A DNA stretch of 64,000 nucleotides from the human T2T-CHM13v2.0 reference genome, Homo sapiens: NCBI RefSeq assembly GCF_009914755.1, contig NC_060946.1; one strand, 5' to 3'. Positions 16,760 to 29,817 of the stretch are shown piece by piece (the first letter of the stretch is position 1; each line of letters opens with the position of its first letter). The translations under genes and the position numbers were made by a program. Under the pieces are notes generated by a model, which did not search any database, was not told the DNA's origin, and saw only the letters and a program-made list of their open reading frames with translations.

Positions 16760-17530
16760 CAGCATCCTCTCATGACTCATGATGTGGTTACCAGTGACCT
16801 CTGCTTGTCAGATCTGATGGTCAGTTATCTGTCCTCATCTTACTTGACCCATCAGTGGCATTTAATTGGTTGCTCACTCCCTCCTTGAACCCCTTTCTCA
16901 CTTGCCTTCGGGCACCCCCTCGCTTGGTTCTCTTCCTACCTCACTGGCTACTCCTTCTCAGTCTCTTTGTGGATTCCTCCTCATCTTCTAGACCCCTAAC
17001 TGGTGGAGTGCCCAGGTCTTCATCCTCAAACCTCTCTTCTCTAGCTATCCTTACCCTTCAAGCCTCCTTATCTCAGCCCAAGTGAAGCCCAGCATCCTTT
17101 TCCTGGGCTATAAGACCTTACCCAATCTATCCCCCTTCCCAATCTTCTTTGCCACCTCTCCTACAATTCACGTCTCCAGCTCACCCAATCTACTTGCTGT
17201 TTCTGGAAGACGCCAGCATATTCTCCCTTCAAGCCTCTTTGCTAACTGTTCTCTCTACCTAGAACCTCACTACCTCACTTCTTCAGGTCTTTGCTCAAAT
17301 ATCAGAGTGACCCTCCCTAGCCACTCTGTGTAACCTTACAACTTCCTATCAGATCATTCTGCATCCTTCTTACTTTATGTGTCTTCAAAGCACGCATCAA
17401 CACCTAACTCATTTTATATTTATTTGTGCATCCACTCTTTCCCCCATCAGAATGCCAGCTCCATATCTTCAGATTCTATAACAGTGTTTGGCACTAAGGG
17501 GGTTCCCAATAACTATGTGTTGAATGAATG
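16760..17530 (+). mobile_element. L2 (L2a-like)
   Basis: 'gtcctcatcttacttgacccatcagtggcattt' through 3' end 'tatgtgttgaatgaatg'. Confidence 0.8.
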
Positions 17531-18389
17531 CATTCACGGAGGGTAACTGCTATTGTTCTTCCTAATGTCATTATTTTTCCCAATTTTAAGGTTCTAAGGT
17601 TTATGCTTGCAAAGCAAAGGTTAGAGCCAATGACTTCCCAAGATCCCTTTTGGTTTTCCAACCTCTGGATCCATAACACAGCAGATGTAAATTGCTTACA
17701 TGGGAACGGATCCAAACAGAATTACTGATGCTCAAGGGCTTCAGGATCACCACACTCCTGGATGTCCTAGACTTCCTAAAAAGTCATTCTGAGCGATATG
17801 GTTAGACAGCTATTTAGACATGTCTGTTTTGGAGGCAGTTTGACCTATGGTGAGAATGTCAAATGAAACAAAAACATTCTGACATTTTAAGAGCTTAATT
17901 TACTCACGATAAAAGGCATAGCATCTGAATATGTCAAGTTTATAAGACGTGGGCTTTAGAACAGGAATATGTACCTCCGTACTGCAAGGGCATGCCTGTG
18001 AGTTGATTGACTTGTTAAAGCAGCAAGCCAGTAACACATTTGAAATAAATGGAGGATGCATCTGCAAAATACATCTGAAAGTCGGTTTCGGTGGATCTGT
18101 CGCTCTCACTGCAGTTTGGAATTGGGTTATACATGAAATTAAACAATTGCCAAGATGATTCAAATAGATGCAGCTCAGAGGCCACCCCAGAAGGAGAGGA
18201 CCCCAGTGATGGTTGCCAATCAGTAGGATGTGGTGAAAAAAAGCATAGACTTTCAAGCCATACAGACTTGACAGTGAATTCTAATTCAGTTGTGTATAGG
18301 CTGAGTGACGTCAGGTAAGTTACTTAGCATCTCTGGGCTTTGCTTTCTATCTTCATGTGGCAGAGACTACTATGAACCACCTAAGGCTG

Positions 18390-18770
18390 TTTTCCCTATA
18401 GTCTAGCACTCTGCCTGACCACATTTCTCAAGCTTCCTTTTGGTTAGGTGTGACCACAGGCCTGGGATCTGACCAGTGGCTGTGATGAATGGGATGTATG
18501 TCACTTCTAAGCCTACCCATTACAGCCTCTCCTAGATGATCTGCCATGATTTTTCTCCTTCTAGTTTGAGGCAGGGGATCATGGTGACTTCAGAAGCTGT
18601 GTGTTGGAGACAGTGGAGCTGTAAGATTGAAAGGCATATGTCCCTGAATCAATACTTGGAGGAGAGCTGCCTGTTTTGGACTTAAAGTGAGTGAGAAATA
18701 AACTTCTATGAATCGAGCCACTGTGATCTGGGGGTTTATTTATTATATCAGATACCATTACCCTGATACC
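18390..18770 (+). mobile_element. MLT1 (MLT1J/H-like) solo LTR
   Basis: 'tggactt...gtgagtgagaaataaacttctat...gagccactgtgatctgggggtttattt'. Confidence 0.75.
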
Positions 18771-19213
18771 TTTGCAAAACACTGGTAAAATTTTTTTAGG
18801 AGGGTTGAAATAGACTTTGTTTTTTGGAGCTCCCAGGACAGGTCTGGTATATAGCAGGGGTTTAATAGATTAGCTCTTACTATCCTCTTGCTTAGTTAGT
18901 TATCTGCAATAATCATTACACATAGATCTTGTGCCAGGTTTTGCTAGGCTCTGAGGAGGACTCAAGAAGTATAAAACATAGTCCCAGATCTCAAGTTTAT
19001 ATAGTGGGGAAGACCATTATCTTTCATGTGTGTATATGTCCTAAAATATCAGGCTTCTGAAGGATAAGATTGGAGTGAATGTCTCTGGGATTAACCATGA
19101 GAATTCAGAGGAAGAAGGTCCCTTTGGTTGGCCTGGTTAGGGAAGACTTAATAAATCACCCAGATATTGGAAGAAAGAAGTTACACAGGCCATGATGAAA
19201 AATGGTCAATCAA

Positions 19214-19543
<330 letters not shown>

Positions 19544-19569
19544 TTATTCTGGGGAGAATGAACATATAT

Positions 19570-19770
19570 ATTTATTCTCTTAGCAGGTATTCATTGCTAA
19601 CCATGTTAGTAATGTCAGCTACTTAGAGAGTTAACCTAGAATATGGAAAAAAGCTACAAACGAGGACAAAGATGCTTGTTACTGGGCCACTTACCATGTC
19701 AAAAGACAGAAACAACCCAAACATCTAATAGTGGGAGAAGGCTTAAGTAAATTGTGGTACATCCCTTTGA
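19570..19770 (+). mobile_element. Ancient L1 (L1ME-type) fragment
   Basis: 'aaacaacccaaacatctaatagtgggagaaggcttaagtaaattgtggtacatcc'. Confidence 0.7.
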
Positions 19771-19779
19771 TGTCATCTG

Positions 19780-20620
19780 TCCCGAAGAAATCCCAGGAAA
19801 CTGTAGCTTCAGTTACCACCCTCATATCAGTGACTCCCACATTTGTAACTCTGGCCCTGGTATCTTGAAACTCCCTACAGGGAGTTTCCCGTATCTCCAA
19901 CTCCCTACATGTTGTTGCCACTTGGCTGTCTCCAAGGCACCTCAACCCAAGCTCATGATCCACTCCCTTCTCCATGTCGCTCACCTCCCATCCCTCCAAT
20001 GTGGTCTTTTCCCAGCATCTCTTGCTCACCACGTCCAGTTGTGAGAGTCAGGATTCTGGGAGTCATCCTGGATATTTCCCTTTCACTCATCCTCACATCC
20101 AATCCGTTAGGTCCTAAAAAATTTTGAAATCCATCCTCTTCTCTTTGTCTCTGCTGCTGCCTTCCTGGCCTAAGCCACTAACTCCTTGCATCTCGTTCTG
20201 TGGTATAGCTTCGCAACTGGGCTTTTTCTGCATACCTCTGAGGCTTTTCTCCAGGCAGTTCGAGATCAAATCTGATCATTTCACTCCTGCCGTTTCTCAC
20301 CCTCAAAACTCTTCAATGACTTCCCACAGCTTTTAGAATAAAAACCAACATTCTTAACATGGCCCACTGAGTACCTGATTGTCTGAGCCTTGCCTCTCTC
20401 TCCATCTTCATCCCATTCTATCCCTTTCCACCTCCTTCTCCATAATCCAGCCCCGGGATGTTGCATAAGCTGTTCCCTCTGCTCAGAATGCACTTTACAA
20501 GCCCGTTCCTTCCCCAACCCCCAAATGCGCCAGTGCCAGCTTCACACCTACATGCCATCCGTTTCTCATAGACTCAACCACCTCAAGGAAGCCCTCCTTG
20601 ATGTTGCGCCTAGATCAGGT
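19780..20620 (+). mobile_element. L2
   Basis: 'ttggctgtctccaaggcacctcaacccaagctcatgatc', 'ctgggagtcatcctgga'. Confidence 0.75.
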
Positions 20621-21876
20621 TCCCCCGGGACCAGCTTCTGTGGCATACACACAACCTGGACAGGGGGAAAGATGGCTCAGGAGTGTTCTAGATGGTGAGG
20701 CAACAGATGTTAAGAAATTGTCCCTGATAATGCAGAGTGGATATTTTACCTTTAAACAACTGAGCCATTGAACTGTACATCATAGATCTGATATTGAATT
20801 TGAATCAGGACTAGCCATGCATGCCAAAAATGTTTACTCTGTGCCAGACACTGTGCTATTTACCGTACCCCCGTGGAACTTCTCGTTTATTTAACAAGTC
20901 TCAGAAATCTGAGTGTCAGGAAAGCAAATCTGTATTCAAGGAGTTCCCATGAATGTCTTCTATTTCCTTGAGAAAGACATTTAATTTTCTGAATCTCAGT
21001 TGCAATCACAATCCTTACCGACTGCCCTGTGGCGGTGTAGGCAGGCATTCACGTGGCTAAAATACTTGGAAATCTCAGGCCTTGCTTGTAATGCAGAGAA
21101 GAAGCTGGGCTTTGAATCTGACCAGTTAAAAGTGTGGCATTCCCAAGATCCATACTTGATCCCTCCAGAGGACTTGTGTTATTAAACCAGAGAGCAGAGC
21201 AGGTTCTGGCTGGCAAGGACCCAGGGATTAACGTCCAGGGCGTTAACATCATAATTGGGCCAGCCTTGAAGGCAGCAACATCTGCTGTGTGAGGCTCTGG
21301 TGCCAGAGCCCATGTTGCACCTCCTGGCTGGCTAGGGCCTTTGTCTTGGGAAGTGGCCTGGGTGGCCTTAAGACTGCATTTACTTAGCACATGCTCAATA
21401 GCTACTGTCAGGTGGTGAAAAGCTCTCAGTAGGGCCAAGAAATTGACTTGTGTCCTGGGCTTCTCAGAAAAACAATGGGGACCCATGGGAGAGGCTTTGT
21501 GCCTGAAGGTGCCCAGGGACTGGTAATTGAGTTACTGTTCAAGTGATGAGAGACTGTGGCCACTGACGAGTATTAGTGGAACAAGGTTGGCAGGCTGTTG
21601 CAAGCCTTCCTAGCAAGGCCAGCCTGCATTTTCTCTTTGGCATGGAGTATATGGGGATTCATTTTCTTTAAAAATGTTTACGTAGGCAGTAGAGCCCAGT
21701 GATCAGGGGGGCAGCTTGGAAGTCGGGCTCTCGGTATCTGGAGACGGCAAAGGGAGGTTGGGTTGTTTGGAGAGGCTCACCGCACTCCACACTGTCATAT
21801 GCATCATCTCATTCAATGACAATCGTCCTGGGGAGGCTGATTCTCTTATTTTCCAGTTGAAGAAACCAAGGCTTCA

Positions 21877-22389
<513 letters not shown>

Positions 22390-22539
22390 CTATGGCCCAG
22401 GCGACTCCCATTGGGATGATTGCACTGGCCAGTCTTTCTGCCTGTTTCTTGCTTCCTTCTCTGCTCGCATTGCCCACAGAACAGGAGCAGATTGACGCAG
22501 GTCCCTTCCCTGCTTCACACCCTTCAGAGGCTTCCCATG

Positions 22540-23045
22540 GCCCTTTGGCTGGAATCCAGGACACTTATTGAGGGCACGAGGGACTGCATCTTCTAGTTCT
22601 GCCTGTGTCTCTACCTCTGTCTGCTTCCATTGCCCCTGCTCTTTGCTTTGTCCATGCTGAGCTTCTGGTACTTTCTGGAAGGCTCTAAGCTCTTAGTCTT
22701 GCACTGGTGCCTTTGCATATGCCATTCCTTCTGCCTGGAACACTCTCCCCCAGTTTTTCTCTGGATGACTTCCATTCAACCTTAAGTATTTCTCACTTGG
22801 AGAGAGTTCTTGGCCCCCTCTGTCTAACCACACTCCTCTCTTTAGTACCCTGCACTCTTTACTTCACTTTTTAATAATTTGCAAATACATTTCCATTTGT
22901 GATATTGTTGACTGTTTTTAGTTTTTCTCCTCCTCTATTTTATGCGCTCTTGAAGGTTAAGGACCAGGACAGTTCTGCTTCCCACGATATCCCCAGCGTT
23001 TCACACACAGTACATTTCCAATAAGCACTTTTTATATTGAATAAA
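22540..23045 (+). mobile_element. L2
   Basis: 'gcctttgcatatgccattccttctgcctggaacactctccc'. Confidence 0.75.
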
Positions 23046-23259
23046 AAAATGGTTCTCAAGAACTGTTAGCATTGTCTCTGCAAATGTAAGTGCATGTGAG
23101 CATATTTATAGACTCCTGTTCATTATAACTCAGTTTTCATCCATTTATTCATTCATGAGTCATTCCCATCAATATTTACTAAGCACCAACTGGGTGCTGA
23201 AGATGCAAAAGTGACTGAGAAAATGTGCCAGCCATTCCCTAACTCAGCCGGCGGAGGGG

Positions 23260-23480
23260 TAGATATGTAAGGGCCAAGGCCTGAGCTTCTGAGGCAGGTG
23301 TTCCAGGTTGGATCGTGGATCCTCCAGTTACTCGTCTGTGTGACCTCGGGAAAGTCACTTCACTTCACTTCTCTGAGCTCTAGATGTCTCCTCTATCAAG
23401 TGGAGCCAACAACACCCATCTTGTGGGGCTGTTTTGATATGAAATTGAAATAAAAAGTACGTAAAAACTAAGTTCAATAA
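23260..23480 (+). mobile_element. MIR
   Basis: 'ctgtgtgacctcgggaaagtcacttcac...ctctgagctc'. Confidence 0.75.
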
Positions 23481-24279
23481 AGAGATCTTGTTGTTGTTTA
23501 TGATGATTACTCAAAAGGGGCATAAAGGGAAGTTAGGTCAGTTCTTCCTAAGAAGTGGTAGGTATTAGGGAAGGTCTTATAACTGAGTGCCACAGAGGCA
23601 TCTGGACAGGAGGGGAAAGCGTTTTGGGTAGAGGGAAGTGTGAGAGCAAAGAGGGACTTATGTGGGTCTGGGATTGTAGTATTTTGTGAATTTGTGTCCT
23701 CCATTTCTCTCTCTCCCTTCAGGGGCACACAGCACCCTCTCTTCTTCCCAGAATGGTACAGTTTGTCTTTTGGGAACCCAACCTCCTCTGTCCACTCCTC
23801 CTCCCTGTGTCATCTCTGTTTGTATCCTTGTCCTCTCCATGTAAGCCTGTTCCTCTGGTTACCCCTTTCCCCTCAAAACTGGGAAGGATGAAGGGTTGGG
23901 AACATCTCAGTCATCCATCAAATGAAATTGGGAGTTGGCAGCTGTGGTTTCATTAATGACTGCTCAACCCTTCTCTCCCCACATCTGGAAGGCTTGTGCC
24001 CAAGGATGGATGAGCCAGTGATACACAGTGAGAGAGGTACTGGCTCCCTAGAGACAGATGGGAACCCTGAGGCCCTGTCATCTGTCTTCTACCCTGGGCA
24101 GGAAGCCCCCATCAACACTTTTTGAGGAGGGGCCATTTAGCCCCCACAGGGACACTCTCCAGTGTCTCCCGAGTTCCTGTCAATGGGAGTCAGTTTCAGT
24201 GTGTATCAGCAGCATGAGCCTCAGTCTCCAAGTCCGAAATTCAGCACCACATCAAAAGTGAGCAGCTCTTCAAGGAAGA

Positions 24280-24510
24280 AATGGTACCATGTCCAAGAGT
24301 AGGGACTCTGGGACCCAGACTTCCAGGGTTCATATCCCAGCCCTATCATCCCGGCCAGTTAATATAGTTGTGCCTCAGTTTTCTCATGTGTAGAATGGGA
24401 ATGAAGATCGCGGCTCCTTCACAGGGGCGGTTGTGAGGAATCTGCAATGACAAGCAGGAGTGACTCAGAAGCCTGCTGTGTCCACAGAAAAGCCTGTTAA
24501 GTGTTGACGA
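24280..24510 (+). mobile_element. MIR
   Basis: 'gtgcctcagttttctcatgtgtagaatggg'. Confidence 0.75.
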
Positions 24511-24899
24511 TTGTTATATTTCCTCTTGATGGAACCCTTTCAAAGCAAGGGCTGGAGGGAGATTACAAGGGCCCAGAAAAATCCTCAGCCTCCAAAAATC
24601 CTTCTTCCTGCTCTCTGAGGAGTAAGTTTCCTTCACGGAGGAGCAGTGCCTCTCTCCGCATGGTCACAGGAAGCTTGTGGCAGGGGCTAGGAGGCAGGCC
24701 TCTGCAGCTGGACAGCCTGCAGGGCTCACGCTTGGCTGCTTACTAGCCAGCTGGCCTTGGCTGACTGCCTACCCTTTCTGCATCTCGGTTTCCTCACCTG
24801 CAGGACGGGAACCATAAGACCCACTGCAGAAGGTAGGGCCCGAGCCTTCAGCATCACCTTCCCTCACTCACTCCTTCCCAGGTCACTGCAGCTGTCTCC

Positions 24900-25575
24900 C
24901 AAAGGGCCTCTTTGTTTCCGCGCTTGTTCCTGTGCAGCCTGTCCACCCAGCAGCCAGAGCCAGCTTCTGAAAACCCAAGTCAATGAAGGTCGCTCCTTTG
25001 CTTAGACCTTCCAGTGGCTCCTGATGTCCCTCAGTTTAGATTCCAGAGTCCTCATCCCAGCCCACAAGCCCTTCCGTGTCTGTCCTCCTCTTCTTCCCTG
25101 CTCCTGCCTCCTCCATTTCCCCACCTCATCCACGCTGTTCTCTCCCATCTGTCTCCTTCTTGGGGCACACCAAGGACTCGCAGGACCTACGCATTTGCTG
25201 TTCCCTCGACCTGGAGTACTCCCCACCGCAATGTCCTGTCTTCAACATAGCAACATGCCTTTTGGCTGATTTTCTTCAGGGCTCTGTTCAATGACCGCCT
25301 CCTCTGAGAAGCCCTCCAAGACCACCCTATCTTCTACAGCATCCCTTTCTGTCACTCTCTGTCCCCTTGCCCTGCTTTATTTTTCTGCAGAGCACTTGTC
25401 ACCACCTGATAAACATTTATGCATTTGTTTGTTGATTGCCTCTTTCTTCCTATTAGTCCGCAGAGCCCACGAGGGGAAGGTCTTTATCTTTTTGATCTCT
25501 GCTGGATCTCCAGTACCTAGCACAGTGCCTGGCTCAGTGTAGATAGCCAATAGATGTTTCTTGCACAAATGAACA
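24900..25575 (+). mobile_element. L2a
   Basis: 'gctggatctccagtacctagcacagtgcctggctcagtgtagatagccaata'. Confidence 0.8.
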
Positions 25576-27198
25576 AGTTCCCAGTAGGCAGTAAGGATGA
25601 ACAATGCTTGTGAAAATGTGCCTGGCCCATGGTAGGTATTTGACAAATGTGAAATTTTAATTCCCTTGTTATCAAATTAGAGAGTTCATTTAAAACACAA
25701 ATACCCTTGGGAGGGGCAACGCATTGACTTTAATTCACACCGGATTCCTGTACAAGGAAAAGGTCCAGTTGGAAGGGTGGAGGAAGGCAAGCCAGGGGCC
25801 CTGTAGACAAACTTCACTTGCTAAGAAATTTTGTCTCTGGCCAGCTCTGTTTAGGTCTGTGTGTACGACGATTCTCTAGGCAATTGAATTGCATTACCCT
25901 TTTCATTCTAATAATATGAACAGAATTTAGATGTGGTATTTGATGATGTCTTGTCTATTGAATGACTTCAGGACTTGCCTGGCACACGGCAGCAAATTAC
26001 TGTCAACTTGAGGGTTGCCGAGCCTCTGCCAAAGTACCAATATTTCTGTGGAAAATCCTGGTCATTTACAGTTCATGTCTCAGAAATGAATTTTTATTTC
26101 ATTGGCTTAATCTTTAGCATTATCAGAAACATGTGTTTATTCCCAGGGAGACTTCCAATGTGAGATCCTTCTAACAAGACCAGAGCTGGGAGAGCTCCTG
26201 AAGGGAATGAAAGACAAGCGCTCCCTGCCTGGTTGGAATTGCTGTTTATATGATCCCTGCTGAGAGAGAGAAGAGGGTAGACTGGACTCCTTCCAAAAAT
26301 CGGAGGGGAAGCTGATTCTGACTTGGGAGGGTATAAAGATCTCAAGGCCAAGGCTGTCAGCTCGAGGGGAGGAGGTTGGGGAGAGAGGGGCATGTATAAG
26401 CATCTTTTCCAAATCAAATGCCTGGAAATTGAACACACCCAATAATTCTCTGGCCGTGGCACATAGTAAGCACTCAATAAATGCTAGTTGAATTCAGCTG
26501 GAGAGGGTTTGGAAACTGTGTTAGCTGCTGTGCTCTGGTTGGGGATTTGACCGTTTCTTCCACTCCACCCCCAATGCATTCATATTGCCTAGTAATCTGT
26601 CACAAATACCTAGCAGTGCTGAAGCCTTTGGCTGTGTCAAAGGGAAGGATCCAGCCCTTCCCAGGGGAATTTCCTCATTAGATACATGGTACAGCTCCAC
26701 CCACACACTGGGTCTCTGAGTCAGAAGGGCATGTTTCTGCTGCAACTAATTTTACTACTGTTGTTTCTATTGCATCAGTAAAGCCCTGTTAGCTTTTAGA
26801 GAAGGATCTGCACCACTGAGATTTCGAGATTGGTTATTTTGATCATGAGGAATTTTCCTAACCAGTCTCCTGCCCTGCATCCTCATCTGTCCTTAGACAA
26901 CAGGGGAAAGACAGACTACACTGTGAGAAGCATCATCACTGAAACTTCTCCTGCAGCTCGTTTGCCTGGCAAAGACTTGTGTAATCATGGATAATTAGGA
27001 TAGTGGTAGCAGACAGCTAACCCAGCACCGATGCAAAGCTACTGAGTTAGTGACCATAGCAAATTTAAGTAAAGAGATTATTTTGAGCATCACTTATGGG
27101 CAGATGTGACAAGTAAGAAGGGGTGTCTAGTGATCTTTTCAAAGCAAGCCATGAAACAGTTGTGTGGTCAGATGGTAGAAAGAAATTGGCAAGAGAGG

Positions 27199-27552
27199 TC
27201 TTTCCTTCCTTCCTCTCTCCCTCCCTCCCTTCTTCCCTCCCTCCCTCCCTTTCTTCCTTCCTTCTTTCTCTCTTTATCTTCTTTTTCCTTCATTCCTTCT
27301 TTCTCTCTTTCTCTTCTCTTTCCTTCCTTCTCTTTTTCTCTTTCTCTCTCTCTCCTTCTTTCCTTTTTCCTTCCTTCCTTCTTTCCTTCTTTCCTTCCCT
27401 CTCCTTTCTTTCTCCTTCCTTCCTTCCTTGCTTCCTTCCTTCCCTTTTTGTCTTTCTCTTCTTTCTTTCTCTCTCTTTCCTTCCTTCCTTCCTCCCTTCC
27501 TCCCTTCCTTTTCTTCCTTCCTTCTCTCTCTCTTTCTCTGTCTCTCTCTCTC
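27199..27552. repeat. ~350 bp polypyrimidine/polypurine low-complexity tract (CCTT/CTTT/CT)
   Basis: Almost exclusively C/T on the plus strand. Confidence 0.95.
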
Positions 27553-27674
27553 CAATAAATATTTCCTAAGCCCCAACTATATGCTGTGCCCTATCCTAGT
27601 CCTTTGGGATATAGAAATGAACAAAATAGACAAAACTCTTTGCTTATTTGGGACTTACATTCTAATGATCTACA

Positions 27675-27678
27675 TCTA

Positions 27679-27740
<62 letters not shown>

Positions 27741-27742
27741 CA
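27675..27742. repeat. Compound tetranucleotide STR TCTA[TCTG]4[TCTA]11TCCA
   Basis: Direct count. Confidence 0.95.
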
Positions 27743-28019
27743 TCATGTGCAGTGACCTGAAATGACACAGATAATACAATCACAAAACAAAGGATCAAAG
27801 AATATGCTAATCAGAAGGGAAGGTCAGGACTGGAGGAGAAGTAAAGAAACACCAATGGGCAGGTCTTAGCATCTCACAGTGTTGCTAATGCTACTCTGTG
27901 CAACCGAAGCTCCCTGACAGCCAAAGCAGAGAGGGAACGTATGTCAGTTACATGAATCTTATTGTTCAAGAAGGGGCATCACCACAGTCCCTATTTCTTC
28001 TCATGATAAAATGTGTTTT

Positions 28020-28225
28020 CTAACCATATTACCTTATTTAAGCCTTAGGACAATCTCATGACTCAGTTACCATTATTAGCTCCATTTTACAGATGAAAAA
28101 ACTGGGGCTTAATAAAGCTAAGCACCTTGCCCAAGGTTACATCCGGAAAATGGCAGAGTTGAGAGAAATTCTCAGGCAGTCTAAACTCAGAGCTCTGTTC
28201 TAACCATGAACTTCACTGCCTCTGT
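28020..28225 (-). mobile_element. MIR
   Basis: 'ccattttacagatgaaaaaactggggcttaataaagctaagcaccttgcccaagg'. Confidence 0.85.
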
Positions 28226-28834
28226 TATGGGCAAACTGAAAAAGTACATCAATGGTCCCTCGGTGAAAGCTTAATTGCCCTGGAAGATAGTCTCCTGGAA
28301 GGGATTTGGGGAAAAAAAAGAAAGACACACCCATATGCAACGGGAGGACTAAATATTAAGTATAAAGCTCATCTGCTTTTAGGCCCCAGACATCCCAATA
28401 GCCCAAGAATGGGAAAACCAGAGCTGTGAGGTCCCAGGCTCCAGCTGAACTGGGCTAAAACTGGCCTGAAAATCCTACACCTAATTCTGTCATCATAAAA
28501 GCATGATCTTTGTAAGAGAAAGGAGGAGCAACAATCCCCATTAGCTTGACGTCTTCCTGTTCTCAGCCTCACCCCTTTATAGCAGAACCTCACTAGGTCT
28601 TTGAGAGCTGCTCTATTGTCTGGGCCAGTAGTTGGAAGATGCTCTCCAAGGTGCTGAAGCAAGTGGGGCTTATTTTTCTTTTCAGATTGGCTTCTTGCCA
28701 CTGACTCACCACTCCTGGTAAATCACATGAGTGTTCTAGCAGATTGCGAAGACAAACTGCATGATCAAGCTGAGAAAATGTGGCAATTTGTAAGCGTTCA
28801 AGTTTATTAACAGGTAATGCTAATACTGAGAGGT

Positions 28835-29010
28835 AGCATGGCTGAATGACTTTGGCAAATTTCTTAAACTTTCTATGCCTCAGTTTTCTCACCTGTAAAA
28901 TGGAAATAATAATAATAAAAAATAATACTGACCCCAAAACAAGTTGCTGTGAGGATCAAATGAGTTACTAAGTGCTTAAAACAGCGCCTGGTGAATAAGC
29001 CCTATATAAG
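28835..29010 (+). mobile_element. MIR
   Basis: 'tgactttggcaaatttcttaaactttctatgcctcagttttctcacctgtaaaatgg'. Confidence 0.85.
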
Positions 29011-29500
29011 TGGTTTTTTTTGTTTGTTTTTGTTTTTGTTTTTTTAAAGTTGGTTATATTCCTTAAGGCAAAATTTCTTGGTAATGGGGTCATCTCTAGG
29101 ATGACGAACCTGGCAGAGTTACTTCATGCCATAGGATAAGTGCAGTCCCATTGGATGCTGTGATGACAGATGACATAGAAAACAGTATGTTACTTTCATC
29201 CTTCTATCAAATTCACATAACAAGACCAAAGCCTGCACCACATCCAATTCTCTGTTGCATCTCAGAATTCTAAGTCCTTCATTAACGTTCTAAAATGTTG
29301 AATTCTGTGTGCTATGCAGTTTTTAAACAACATCTGTTCATCAACCCCAGAGGTGACAGCGAGTCAGTGTTGGGGGTTGTTCAAAGCATACCCACACCTC
29401 TTGGCTCCCTCACAGGAATGTTAGGGGGTCTAATTAATTACTGTTTGCAAAGCAACCGAGAAATTCTCCAGGGAAAGTTGCTGTAGAAATGCAAGTTTCT

Positions 29501-29817
<317 letters not shown>

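Noticed and set aside
27675-27742. Identity with forensic STR vWA or D3S1358
   Set aside because: The repeat architecture is similar, but the flanks do not match what I recall for those loci and I see no VWF exons in the window.
27106-27760. 150/148/100/110-aa ORFs rich in S/F/L/P or R/K/E/G (also 39793-40214 and 63229-63459)
   Set aside because: Stop-free reading of CT/GA microsatellites; no coding signal.
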